Part shown: in pieces, positions 21,084 through 33,138 of the stretch | Position numbering within the stretch: position 1 is the first letter of the stretch | Layout of the letters: the number at the start of each line of letters is the position of its first letter | Source: an uncultured Chloroflexia bacterium | GTDB taxonomy: Bacteria > Chloroflexota > Anaerolineae > Anaerolineales > Villigracilaceae | Direction of reading: 5' to 3' | DNA: 64,000 nucleotides | Assembly (NCBI GenBank): GCA_963750005.1 | Contig: CAVVPC010000008.1 | Location: forward strand, 8,083 to 72,082 | Position numbers and translations under genes: made by a program | The notes under the pieces: model-generated | Told to the model about the DNA's origin: nothing | The model's input: the letters and a program-made list of their open reading frames with translations, nothing else | Databases searched by the model: none

Positions 21084-24050
21084 ATGGCATCCAACTACAA
21101 AGAGATCAACTTCGAAGAACATATCGAAGCGCACCTGTTGAACTCCGGGTATCGCAGGCGCGTCACCGAAGAGTACGACAAGTCTCTTTGTTTGATCCCC
21201 GATGAAGTCATCCAATTCATCCAGGTCACACAACCCAAAGCCTTTGACCAATTAGGAAGCAATACGGAGCCGAAACCGCTCAAAAACTCCTCGAGCGCAT
21301 TGCGCGTGAAGTCAGCAAGTATGGCGTGTTGGATGTCCTGCGCAAAGGGGTCACAGATCGAGGCGCGAAGTTCAAGCTGGCATATTTCAAGCCCTCCAGC
21401 GGCATGAACCCCGAGCACCAAACGCTCTATCAGGGCAATCGTTTCAGCCTCGTGCGTCAACTCAAGTACAGCCAGAAGAACGAGAACTCCATCGATATAG
21501 CGCTCTTCCTCAACGGTCTGCCCATCGTCACGGTCGAGTTGAAGAACTCGCTCACGGGTCAAATGCTCGAGAACGCCGAGAAGCAATACAAGCAGGACAG
21601 GCTGCCCAGGGCGAGCCGCTGCTGGCCTTCAAGCGCTGTCTCGTCCATTTTGCCATCGGCAACGAGCGCGCCTCCATGACCACCCACTTGCAGGGCGAGA
21701 AGACCCGCTTCTTCCCCTTCAACAAGGACAGCGAGAATCCCGTCAACCCGAACGGGCACAAGACCCATTATTTGTGGGAGGACATCTGGCAGGCGGACAC
21801 GCTGCTGGAGTTGATCCATAACTACCTGCATGTGCAGCAGATCCCGGAGCGGTCTTACGACCCGCAGGCTGGTGCCGTTATCGAAAAGACGACCGAAGCC
21901 TTTATCTTTCCCCGCTATCACCAGTTGGACGTGGTCCGACATATCTTGAAACTTGTCCGGGCCGACGGCGTGGGCAAGAACTATCTGGTGCAGCATTCGG
22001 CGGGCTCGGGCAAATCCAACTCCATCGCCTGGCTGGCCCACCAACTGGCTTCGTTCTACCAGAAAGCCGACGACACCGAGCGCCTGTTCGATTCCATTGT
22101 CGTGGTCACCGACCGGCGCGTGCTCGACCGTCAGCTTCAGAACACGATCAAACAGTTCGAGCAGACCGAAGGCGTGGTCAAGAAGATCGACAAGGACTTC
22201 CGCTCAATTGCGGGATGCCTTGAAGACGGGCAAAGCCATCATCGTCACCACCCTGCAAAAGTTCCCCGTCATCTCGGCCAGCATGACCGAGCTCAAAGGC
22301 AAGCGCTTCGCCGTCATCATCGACGAAGCCCACTCCAGCCAGTCGGGCGAGTCCGCCAAACATCTCAAGAAGACTTCTCTGTCAACCTGGAGCAAGCTGA
22401 AGCCGAAGACCAGACTGGCGACGATCTGGAAGACGAGATCATCCGTGAGATCCACGCCCGCGGGCGGCAGGGCCACATCTCTTATTTTGCCTTCACCGCC
22501 ACACCCAAGAACAAGACACTTGAGTTATTCGGGATCAAAGACGCAAACGGGCAATTTGTCGCCCACCATGTGTATTCCATGCGCCAGGCAATCGAAGAGA
22601 ACTTCATCCTGGATGTGCTCAAGAATTACACCACCTTCAAGCGTTACTTCAAGCTGGTGAAGACCATCCCCACCGACAACGAATACGAAAAGAAGAAAGC
22701 CATCCGCCTGCTCACCTCCGACGTGGACCTGACCTCGCACGCCATCGAGCAAAAGACCCGCATCATGCTCGACCACTTTTTGGAAAAGACCCTACATACC
22801 ATTCAGGGGAAGGGCAGGGCGATGGTGGTCACCCGCTCGCGCTTGCACGCCGTCAAGTTTTACCTGGCTTTCCGCAAAGTGATGGAAGAGAAGAACCTGC
22901 CCTTCAAGCCACTGGTGGCATTCTCCGGAGAAGTCACCGATCCCGACACCGGCGGGAAACACACCGAGAACAGCCTGAACCATCTGCCGCCGCGCGTGGC
23001 CATCGAAGACGCCTTCAAGACTCCCGAGTATCGCATCCTGGTGGTGGCGAACAAATATCAAACAGGCTTTGACGAGCCCCTGCTGCACACCATGTACGTG
23101 GATAAAAAGCTGGATGGCGTCCAGGCGGTCCAGACCCTCAGCCGCCTTAACCGCAAACGCGTGAAGGCAAGAAGATTGCTGGTGCTGGATTTCGTCAACG
23201 AAACCGAGGATATCCAAGCCGCTTTCCAGCCCTATTATCAGACCACCCTGCTCGAAGAAGAGACCGACCCGAACAAGCTCTATGACCACCAAACCGAGTT
23301 GAAAGGCTACGAAGTCTTCACCGACGCGGATGTGAACGAATTTGCCGAAGTATTCTTCACGCCGAATATCCCGCTCGAAAAACTTCAACCCGTGCTTGAT
23401 CGGGTAGTCATCATATGGGAATACAAACCTGAACAGGAACGCGAAGACTTCCGCTCCACGTTGCAGAAGTTCATCCGCTTATACGGCTTCATCTCCCAGA
23501 TCATCACCTTTGAAGACGTGGACCTGGAAAAGCTCTACGTCTTTGCCAAAGCCCTCAACCGCAAACTCCCCCGCCGCCAGGTGCGCCTGCCCCTACGAAA
23601 TCCGTGACGGCGGTGGACTTGGATTCCTTCCGCCTGCAGGAAACCTACTCCGGCAGCATCGAGCTGGAAAAGGAACAGGGCATCGTCCCAGGCTTTGGCG
23701 ATGGCTCCGTTATACAACACCGAAGACGAGAAAGACCTGCTCTCCCACATCATCACCACCCTCAACGAAACCTACGGCATCAACCTGACCGATGAAGACA
23801 AGGTAGATATCCAGCATATCCGCACCAAGCTGAGAAGCGGATGAATCGCTTCATGACGTGCTGAATGCTGATAATCCCCGGGATGCAAAGGTCTATAAAT
23901 TCAACCAGGTGCTTGACCGGTTGCTGCTGGAATTCGTTCACACGAAGCTGGATCTTGTATAAGAAGCTAACCGAACCAAAGGTCAATGAGATGTTGAAGC
24001 GTCAGTGGTTTGAAGGTATCGGCAAGCGGCATATCGGATCAGGATGCTAT
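21084..24050 (+). CDS. hsdR: Type I RM restriction subunit HsdR (several frameshifts; 3' end approximate)
   Basis: NGLPIVTVELKN, PRYHQL, QHSAGSGKS, IIDEAHSSQ, FAFTATPK, QTGFDEP, VQTLSRLNR. Confidence 0.92.
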
Positions 24051-24085
24051 GCAAAGAGGGTGAAAACGGTTGGCCATGCCTGTGA

Positions 24086-24126
24086 ATTGATCGCTCTCAC
24101 TGAGTGTATGAAGACCTTCGCCGAGC
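24086..24126 (+). repeat. Module-boundary palindromic element, truncated copy 1
   Basis: attgatcgctctcactgag..agaccttcgccgagc; the last 15 nt are identical to the 3' end of the 44935-45040 copy. Confidence 0.5.
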
Positions 24127-24226
24127 TGAGGACCTTTGCTCTGCCTTTCGGCAGACGTATAAATCTTGCTCAAGTTCTATTTGCAAAAGGAATTACTTAT
24201 GTCATAATAAGTCAACTAGGGAGGCA

Positions 24227-27200
24227 AATTGATCGTCCACCCACCGGTACAGTTACGTTCCTTTTTACAGATATCGAAGGCAGCACGACGGCTGGCGCGG
24301 AGTACCCGGACACATGGGAGAGGCGCGGGCACGGCACCATGAGATTTTGCGCGATGCGATCGAATCCAACCATGGATTTGTCTTCCAGATCATCGGTGAC
24401 GCCTTTTGCGCTGCATTCCACCGGCAGGCGACGCGGTCAATGCAGCGCCTCGGCGCAGCAGGCTTCAGGAGGAGACCTGGGGGAAATACCGATTCGTGTC
24501 CGCATGGGCATCCACACCGGCGAAGCGGAATTCGATGGGACGGATTATCGTGGCTATGCCACGCTGAGCTTGGTCCAGCGATTGATGTCTGCCGGGCATG
24601 GCGGGCAGATCCTGGTTTCGGGAGCAACTGAAAATCTTCTGCAGGAGTCAGCTTCCCGGAGAGTCAGCCTGCGGGATATGGGCAGAGCATCATTTCAAGG
24701 ATGTACCCCAACCGTACGCATTTTCCAGGTGATTGCACCCGACCTGCCCAGGCGAATTTCCCCCCTGCGCACCATGACCATCTTCCCAACAACCTCCCAC
24801 CCCAGCTCACCAGCTTCGTGGGCCGGGAAAAGGAAGCTGGCAGACATGGAAAACGGCTCTTCGCAGATACTCATATGCTCACGCTCATCGGCCCGGGCGG
24901 GACAGGCAAAACCCGCCTTTCCATCCAGGCGGCAGTGAAATGCTGGATCGGCTTTCCCGACGGCCTCTGGCTCGTGGAGCTGGCGCCCATCCTGGACCCG
25001 CTGCTGGTCCCACGCACCACCGCCGATGACCATCGGCCTGCGTGACGAGCCGCAGCGCCCCGTCATCGACATGCTGTGCGATTATCTGCACGAGCGGAAG
25101 ATGCTGCATCATTCTCGATAACTGCGAGCACCTGGTGGATGCCTGCGCCAGGCTGGCCGACCATCCTGCACGCTGCCCATATGTCCGCATCCTGGCCAGC
25201 AGCCGCGAGGCCCTGGGGATCGGCGGCGAGGTGACCTATCGCGTCCCTCCCTGGGCCTGCCGGATATCGGCCATCTGCCCGCCGTCGAACCGCTGGGCCA
25301 GTATGAAGCGCGTGCAGCTGTTCATCGACCGCGCCACGCGCGGCCGTCCCATCCTTTACCGTGACGAAGAGAATGCTCCCGCCGTCGCCCAGGTCTGCCA
25401 CCGCCTGGACGGCATTCCCCTGGCGATCGAGCTGGCCGCCGCAAAAGTCCGCGTGCTGAGCGTGGAGCAGATCGCCAAACGGCTGGACGACCGCTTCCGC
25501 CTGCTGACCGGCGGCAGCCGCACCGCCCTGGAGCGCCACCAGACCCTGCGGGCGGCCATCGACTGGAGCTACAACCTGCTCCCCGCCGCCGAACAGGTCC
25601 TGTTCCGCAGGTTGTCGGTCTTCGTCGGCGGGTGGACCTGGAAGCGGCCGAGTCGATCGTGCGGCGACGGAATGGAAGAGGATATTTTCGATCTGCTGGA
25701 GCAGCTGGTCAACAAATCGCTGGTCATGCTGAGACGGGGGCAGGAGACCCGCTATCGCATGCTGGAGACCATCCGGCAATATGCCAGTGAGAAATTGCTG
25801 GATGCAGGAGGATCAAAAGATCCGCGGATAAGCACCTGGCTTATTTTGTAGAACTGGCTTGGACAGGCCGAGCCGGAGCTCTATCGTTCCAATCAAGTGT
25901 TCTGGTTCAATAAACTGGATGATGAGCTCGATAATTTCCGCGCGGCTTCGGATTGGGCATTGGCGACAAATGTCGAATCCGGTCTGCGAATTGTTTCGGT
26001 CCCCTGGCGATTTTGGCAAAGGCACGATTATCCGGAGGCAGGAAATTGGCTGCGGCAGCTTTTGGAGCGCTATCCCAAGGATGACTTTTTGCGGGCGCAG
26101 GCGCTGACTGTACATGCCATCTATATTCGGCTGTATGGCGATTTTGGCGGGGCCGGCAAACAGGCCGAACAGGGTTTGAAGCTGGCACGCGCACTGTCGG
26201 ACCGGCAAAATAGGCATTTAGCCTGTTATTCCTGGGATCCATTATGGGTGGCGGTTATACCCGTGAGGGGTACTCCCTGATTGAGCAAAGCCTGCTCATT
26301 TATCGAAGTTTGGGGTGATGAGATTGGGCAGGCCACAGCAGCAAGCTGGATAGCAGGAGGCCGGAACCGAACGTTCGAGACCTGTTTTATTGGAAAGTTT
26401 GAAGTTCCATCGTGACTTGGGCGATCTTTCCGGGATGGCGAATTGCTTATCCATTCTGGCAATTGAAGCGATCTGGTCGGGAGATTTTTCTTCGGCTCTT
26501 CCCTGGCTGGAAGAAGCAGAGACGCTTTATCGTGAGCTTGGAGATCAGGCTGGGGAAGCGGATACTCTACTCAACCTGGGAATGCTGGCTTATTGGCAGA
26601 GTGATTATCGACAGGCATGTTTCCATTATCAACAAGCGATGGCTATGTATGAGAAGCTTGGAGGTTTCGTGGCCATCCTGGGTACGCATTAATATGGCTT
26701 ACGCTTTCGTGAGGGCAGGGTGAACTTGCGCAGGCAAAAGAGTTGTTCGAAATTGCATTGCAAAAACGTAAAGATATAGGCGCTTTGAGTGGCTTGATCT
26801 ATGCGATAGAAGGCCTGGCAAGTCTCCATGTTCACCAGGAACAATTTAAAACGGCCACGCGACTATTCGCATGGGCGGATGCCACCCGTGAACAGATCGG
26901 CGATTCTCGTCCGCCTGTTGAAACAAAATTCTGTGGATCGTGACCTGTCGCTCATCCATGCCGGGGTTGAAAAGGCTGAATTTGACAGGTTGTCAAAAGA
27001 AGCGCAAGCCATGACGGAGGAACAGGCAGTCACACTTGCCTTTGAGCCGGTGGGGGAGGATATTCCTATGGTGAGCAACGCTTACCCAGCCCCTCTTCCT
27101 GCGCCTCGTGAAACAAGGAAACAAAAGACTGGAGCTTTGACCGAAAGGGAACGAGAGGTAGCCATCCGTATTGCGCAGGGTAAATCCAACCAGGTGATCG

Positions 27201-27364
27201 CCGCGGATCTATTTCTGAGTTTGAAAACCGTGGAAGTACATGTAACGCGGATATTGTCCAAACTGGGTTTCTCCTCCCGGGCCCAGATTGCTGCCTGGGC
27301 AGTAGCAAAGGGCCTGGCCGAAGCACCGCAGGAGCTGAAGACGCCTGGCGGGAATGGGCAGTAA
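24227..27364 (+). CDS. Class III nucleotide cyclase - STAND ATPase - TPR - LuxR HTH regulator (Rv0386-like architecture), frameshifted
   Basis: LFTDIEGST, IIGDAF, VRMGIHTGE; NNLPPQLTSFVGRE, GPGGTGKT, LDNCEHL, RLDGIPLAIELAAA; LTEREREVAIRIAQGKSN..KTVEVHV. Confidence 0.88.
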
Positions 27365-27365
27365 G

Positions 27366-27426
27366 CGACGAGGGGATTGACTGAAGGTTCACAGATCCCA
27401 AGGAGAGCTTTGATCCGCCTTTCGGG
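27366..27426 (+). repeat. Module-boundary palindromic element, copy 2
   Basis: cgacgaggggattgactgaaggttcacagatcccaaggagag. Confidence 0.6.
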
Positions 27427-27765
27427 ATAAGGTGATCACCTATTAACGGAGACCGAAGAGAAGATATCTGGTCCATCCGTTGTGGAAATATTTCTTTCAA
27501 CCTTGTTATAAAACAGAAAATACTATCGCTGGCCGGTTGAACGTTAGCTTTCAACGCTTCCCTTCACTCTATGTATTTTGCAGAAGACATATTCACGCCC
27601 ACAGGGAAGAACCTTCAAAATGGAGTAAATTTGTCGTAAAATAAGCCTCAACTTTCCACTCACCGGAAGTTATATGTTATGCAGGCGTAGATACGCCGTA
27701 AATTCAAGAGTTTTCTGGACTCACAGGAGTATCTACCAAAACCATTCGTAACTCGCAAGGTTATA

Positions 27766-28338
27766 TTGCATATCAATAAATCTATCTGGATACGGATTTT
27801 TATCACCTTTATCATTCTCGTCACTGCATTATCACTGGATATTTTTTTCGAAACTCGCCCCAAGCTTGCACTGGGGCAAGCGCCACTCAAAGATATCCAA
27901 AACATTGAAACATTGCGCACACAATTTAATAGTGATGTTGGCAAGACACGTCTCATTATTCTGGTTTCTCCTACCTGAAGTACTTGTCTTGCTGGCGCCC
28001 GTTGGGTGCAGTCACAACTATTAGCCCAAAATACGTCCTCAGAGTTACGAGTATATGCCGTTTGGTTACCCATGCGAAGAGGCGATGCTCGGGAAGCGTG
28101 GAATGGAAACATCATGCCAGATGATCGCGTAATCCATTTCTGGGATGGTGAGACTGAAGTCGGCCAATGGTTCGCAAAAGAGGTTGACGGATACCAGGGT
28201 ACTGCCTGGGATGCCTACTACCTGTATGGTCCAGAGGCAGCCTGGGACGATATGCCGTCGCCGCTCATCAGATCGGGTGCAATCATTTATGATGAACGTG
28301 AGGCTATCGCAAGGCGGGTTAGCAGCTTAACAAAGTAA
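27766..28338 (+). CDS. Thioredoxin-fold putative selenoprotein (UxxC), N-terminal TM/signal segment
   Basis: ORFs 27766-27978 and 28006-28338 are in the same frame and joined by one TGA: RLIILVSPT-U-STCLAGARWVQ; stem-loop 27984-28017 just 3' of the TGA. Confidence 0.75.
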
Positions 28339-28363
28339 ATTTGGGCACCGCCTGCATATTTTT

Positions 28364-28580
28364 CCAGCTCATCGAGGGTCTTTGCGACACTTCCCGGGAC
28401 CCCGATCGGGCCGGGAGCCCGACGCCCTATCAGGATGCTTTGCGAGGGCGAAACGGCCGACCAGCCGGGGGTGCAGGTGAGCGCCCCTGTAGCGTAACGG
28501 AGGGGGTTGACCCCGACGAGATGACTGACCGGAAGTCTCACAGATCGCGTGGAGAACTGCGGTCCACGTTTCGGCCAGGG
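28364..28580 (+). repeat. Module-boundary palindromic element, copy 3 (with internal insertion)
   Basis: ccagctcatcgagggtcttt...tgaccccgacgagatgactgaccggaagtctcacagatcgcgtggaga..ggtcca..tttcggc. Confidence 0.7.
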
Positions 28581-28687
28581 TGATCTTTACCCTCTAATGA
28601 GGCCCGCACCAGGGTGCTCCGCAGCGTGCGGCAGGGTGCGGTACTGGGCGTGGGTCACCCTGGTGAATTGTTACACAAATCACAAGA

Positions 28688-28715
28688 TTGACTTTTGGGT
28701 TGAAATGTTTATACT
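28688..28715 (+). promoter_or_regulatory. Sigma70-like promoter upstream of the WD40 lipoprotein gene
   Basis: TTGACT-N16-TATACT. Confidence 0.5.
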
Positions 28716-28899
28716 GAGTAAGGGTCGGAATTGCCTTCGTCTAGCTCTCCCTATCATCGTTGATTTGGAAGGCTCCGGGTCCTTACCGGTAGGTCGACGG
28801 CGGGTGGCAACCGGTAGAACAGTCGCTGCTAATGAAGCATTGTTCGCATGGCGTCTAACCAATATCGAGCGCATTGCGCCGGACGGAGGAGAAGGGACG

Positions 28900-30570
28900 A
28901 TGAAACTTCTGAATTACAAACGGGTTGTTCAACTTCAGTCCCTACTCCTGATCATTCTTCTGGTCGGCTGTAAGTGACCGGACCGGCAGCCTTCCATCAT
29001 TCCGCCAACAATCCAGGATGTTGAGCAAGCAACAAGTACGTCTTCCCCGTCGTCGCGCGAATCATGAGAAGAAACGATTCCATCTACTTCTACAAACCCT
29101 CCAGTTGTACAAGCAATTGTTACATCTTCTCCTGTCGTTCCTCTTGTTCCTTCTGTTACAGAACCAGGCAATCCATCTACTTCTACTAGCCCTCCAGTTA
29201 TAGAAACAATTGTTACATCATCTCCTGCTCTTCCCTTGCGTGCAGGAGCAACAGCTACGTTTACACCTATCGCTCCTCCCCCGCCAGCGGCAACACCGGA
29301 GCCATTTTGGGTTGATCCGGTAAGTTCCCCAACGGATCAACGAAACCAAGTGATTATCGTCCATATCGGAAATGGAGAAGAGGTAATAGTAACTACAGAG
29401 TCTGGGCAAGTTCAAAGTGGAAGGCAATTTTGATACCTACAACAACCCGGCGAAAGTCGAAATAACCCTGCTACCCAACACTGTGAACCATCTTGAAGTG
29501 ACTGCAAAAGTAAGAACAATCGATGCTGGAAACGGTTATACGTACGGTGGCTATACCCTTGAAACCACAAGAGACAAAGTAGGTGCACCCCTGACAATTG
29601 TACAGGGAGAACCAGTACCACAACATGCGACGAGTATCATCACGGTGGATAATGCTTCACGCCTGGAGCAATTAACCTCCTTTTCACCGGATGCGTGCCT
29701 GGTCACAGATTTTGTATTCAGTAATCAACATGAGATGATAAGTGTGGGATTCGATAGCAACATTTCTGTGTGGAGCACAGATACAGGAAAGGAAGTCCGT
29801 CAAATCGGCAGCACCCGCGGAGCTGCCCTAGCGTCACGACAAACTCTGACAACTCATGGATCGCTACTGGCGGCACAGCTTCCGACCCAAGCGTCCGCCT
29901 ATGGAACACGCAAACCGGGGAAATCAAAGAACTTGGAAGTGATCAATCCTATCTGAATAGCATTGCGTTTAACCCTAATGGCACAAGACTCGCGAGTGGC
30001 GGTAACGATGATACAGTTATCGTTTGGGATGTAGACAGCGGGCAATCACTCACTACCTTTAAGGGTGATGTACCGGGCAGATTTCAATCGTTTAATCACC
30101 TTTTTTGGATCGATAATGACATTCTCGTCGCAGGTGGCTCCGACGCGATTTACTGGTGGGATACCAATACTGGTGCTCTGCTAAAGCGTCTGGCAAAACC
30201 GGATGCGGCCGCTTTTTTTGTCGACACAGCCGTCAGCCAGGCCGGCGACCGTGTGGCTGCCGCTGCGCAGGATGCTTATGTTTATTTCTGGGACCAGGCA
30301 GATAATCAGTGGTCGCGCTGGCCAGCAGTATCTGATCGTATTGTTACCCAGGTTAGTTTTAGCCCAGATGGGCAACTGTTGGTGGGCGGAACCGATACAG
30401 GCCAGATGTTGATCTGGGATGTTGAGACTCGCAGCAGCTGGCACAATATTCCAATTCAAATTCATCCCCTGCCAACTATTAAAATTTAGTTCAGATGGAT
30501 TTTATATTGCTTTCGCAGGGTAATGGGGATGGTCCAATTCGATTATGGGGAATCCCTTTACTCGATAAAC
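28900..30570 (+). pseudogene. Lipoprotein with Pro/Thr/Ser linker, Ig-like segment and WD40 propeller; two in-frame TGA stops plus frameshifts
   Basis: Lipobox LVGC; TGA at 28975 and 29065 in frame; SIAFNPNGTRLASGGNDDTVIVWD, VSFSPDGQLLVGG; linker direct repeat at 29080 and 29173. Confidence 0.7.
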
Positions 30571-30714
30571 ACAAATCGGCTCACCAAATTGATGAAAAGC
30601 AGGGCCAAAGAGTTGTGCAAGCCGCCGTTCACCTCCCCTGGCCTGGAGCAGATTTTCCAAAAGTACATTCCGACTTTTACTTCGCAGCGATAAAAGTTGG
30701 AGAAGGAGCAGAGC

Positions 30715-31190
30715 ATGCCAAACAAAAGAAAAAAACAGCAGGCGGAATTCAGATTGGCGGCGGCGTCAGCGTAACGAATGGAGACATCGTTGCAGGTGAC
30801 AAGACCATCAATGTCGATAACGGCGGTGTCTATGCAGGGGGTGATATTCAGAGCAGCACCATCGTCAACAGGTGATGGAAACCGGGTGGGCAATCAGGAA
30901 GCGGTGCGGGATGAGCTATTCAATGCGCTGATCGCTAGGATCGATGTAGCGGCCCAACACATCTTCTGAGGATCGTGAAAGATCTCAAGGCAAATGTCAC
31001 CGAGATCAAGGATGAAACCAAGAAAGGTAATAAAGCCGATGCGTCCTTTCTTTCTCGACGCTTACGGAATATCCAGATGATTGCGCCAGATATTGCCGAG
31101 GTGATCTGGAACACTTGCCAACCCTGCGGCTGGGTTTGCGGCCGTCGTTGGAAGATTGCCCGGCAGGCTCAGAAAGTGTCTGCCGCATGA
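30715..31190 (+). CDS. Small protein with N-terminal Gly/Val/Ile/Asp beta-repeat motif and a helical C-terminal domain (frameshifted)
   Basis: RBS aggag; MPKQKKKTAGGIQIGGGVSVTNGDIVAGDKTINVDNGGVYAGGDIQSSTIV..GDGNRVG, then DLKANVTEIKDE..FLSRRLRNIQMIAPDIAEV. Confidence 0.65.
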
Positions 31191-31206
31191 TTTGAAATTT
31201 ATCCCG

Positions 31207-32680
31207 ATGGGGTAAAAGAAATCTTCAGCGTACATTAGCCTGTGTATTTAGGGGGATGTCAAAATTACCGGCGGTGCTTTTGTCGCCGGTGATAACGTCA
31301 CCAGGGCGGGGGGTGAAGGCGCTTCCCGAAAAGAGGCAAATCGCATAGTTGGAGACCAGGATACAAACCTCCTACGCAAAGGACCTGGATCTGCAGCAGG
31401 CCTGGAAGCTAGTGGGGGAGATGTTGTCTTTGGCGATAGATCATCAAATTTTTTCTCAAGATAATTTGAACATTTACGTATTTAAGGATATCAAACAACT
31501 GGCCTTTTTTTTGATCTTTATCCTCTTCTTATCGGGTGGGATAAGTGGAGCCTACTGGTACGCAAAGCAGCCACCCAAGCTGACCGAAGACTACAATATG
31601 CCATCGTGCAATTCGGTGAGATTGAACCAGATGGGACGATGGAACCTTCAGACACCGCTGAAAAGATTAAGAAGCGACTTGTTCGATTATCTTGACAGTG
31701 AGTATGCTTCTTCAAGTTTTGGATTCAAGGTGCAAGTAGAACAGAAAAATATGCCCCTGATTTCCAAAATTCCCAGGCAGAGGATCTTGCTCACAAGGTA
31801 AATGCAGACATTGTGATTTATGGCAATATTTTTGTGCAAAATGATAGAGCCGAATTTTCTGCGCGTTTAGATGTATCTGAACATCCCGATACAAAGGAAT
31901 TGACGGGTCAAAATGAATTAGCCTTGCCCATTCCCTTTTTTATTTCCGAGCTTTATTCTCAAAATCCGGTTAACACTGAATTTAGAGCTCGAACACAGAT
32001 TTTGCTAAACTTCACCGAAGGCACTGATCAATTTCTCACAGAATAAACTGGGTGCAGCAGAAAATGCCTTACAAGCCGCGATCATTGAGTTTGAGACAAC
32101 CTCACAACCCTTTGCTGGACGGGAAGTGATTTACCTGCTGGGAGCTCAAATACAAACCAAGGAGGAAAATTTTGAAGCGGCGAATAATTTTCTTGATAAA
32201 TCGCTCTTGATCAACCCTGAGTATGCTAGGGCTCATCTTGCCCGTGGGAATATCTATTATTCCCAGGCACTCAAATTGAATTTTGACCCTGAAAGCTGCT
32301 AGGCTGCCCTCCATGAATATGAGCTGGCAGAACTTAATGGGTGGGATTATGGATGGGGCTAATATACCGATTAAGGCACATACAGCCATAGGGAATATCC
32401 AGGTCGTGCAGGCGCAACAGGGTAATGACCCGGATTTGTTCATGAAAGCAGCGAGAATTATGAATATGTCATAGAGCAATATCGAACAAAGCAGGGGATC
32501 CATGGTTCCAAGACTTATCCATCGCGATTACTAATCAGATTGAATCGGATCCGCCTATGAAAGACAGGGAAAGGTGAGGAAGCGATTCAGGCTTATCAAA
32601 CGCGAAGTGACCTTACAAAATGATGGCAGGGCTAGAGACGCACATTAAACCACAATCAACACTCTTCAGGGCCGGATAGA
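31207..32680 (+). pseudogene. Single-pass membrane TPR protein, heavily frameshifted (ends approximate)
   Basis: TM LAFFLIFILFLSGGISGAYWY; NADIVIYG; TPR FLDKSLLINPEYARAHLARGNIYY. Confidence 0.55.
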
Positions 32681-32787
32681 TCCCAAGGTTGAAGTAACAG
32701 GAAAATTCTATGGAAATAAAACTCATATCATAAATTAAGGCCCGGGCCTCCGCCGGCTCTATGTCGCCTCCTTTTCAGTCTAGATCT

Positions 32788-32893
32788 CTAGATCGTCGAA
32801 GGTTTGTAACCTCAATGAGATGACAACAAAGTCGACAGACCGCATGGAGACCTTTGTCCGACCTTTCAGCCTGGTCGTAGACCTTCGCTTAGC
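32788..32893 (+). repeat. Module-boundary palindromic element, copy 4
   Basis: ctagatcgtcgaaggt..gagatgac..acagaccgcatggagacc..ctttcagcctggtcgtagaccttcgcttagc. Confidence 0.7.
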
Positions 32894-33138
32894 TATACCG
32901 TTGGGATGATCGCCTTTTGAAAAAGTAAACCGGCTGTAAGGTGGGCTTCCCGCTGTTTGAAGTATATTATGTATAATGGGTAGGATATTTTACTTTCATG
33001 TGGGGCCAGGGTTGCGACGATATAACAGCAGTCCGGCCGCAGCGTCAAAACAGGGGACGCATTCAGGCGGCCTTTCCATTTCTCTTTACAAAAAGGAGTA
33101 TTTACATTCATAATATCCATCCACAAAGGATGGGCTTT

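Noticed and set aside
10056-29067. Genome-wide stop-codon recoding suggested by several in-frame stops
   Set aside because: TGA, TAG and TAA all end intact genes normally in this window. Only the 27976 TGA has a supporting motif and hairpin.
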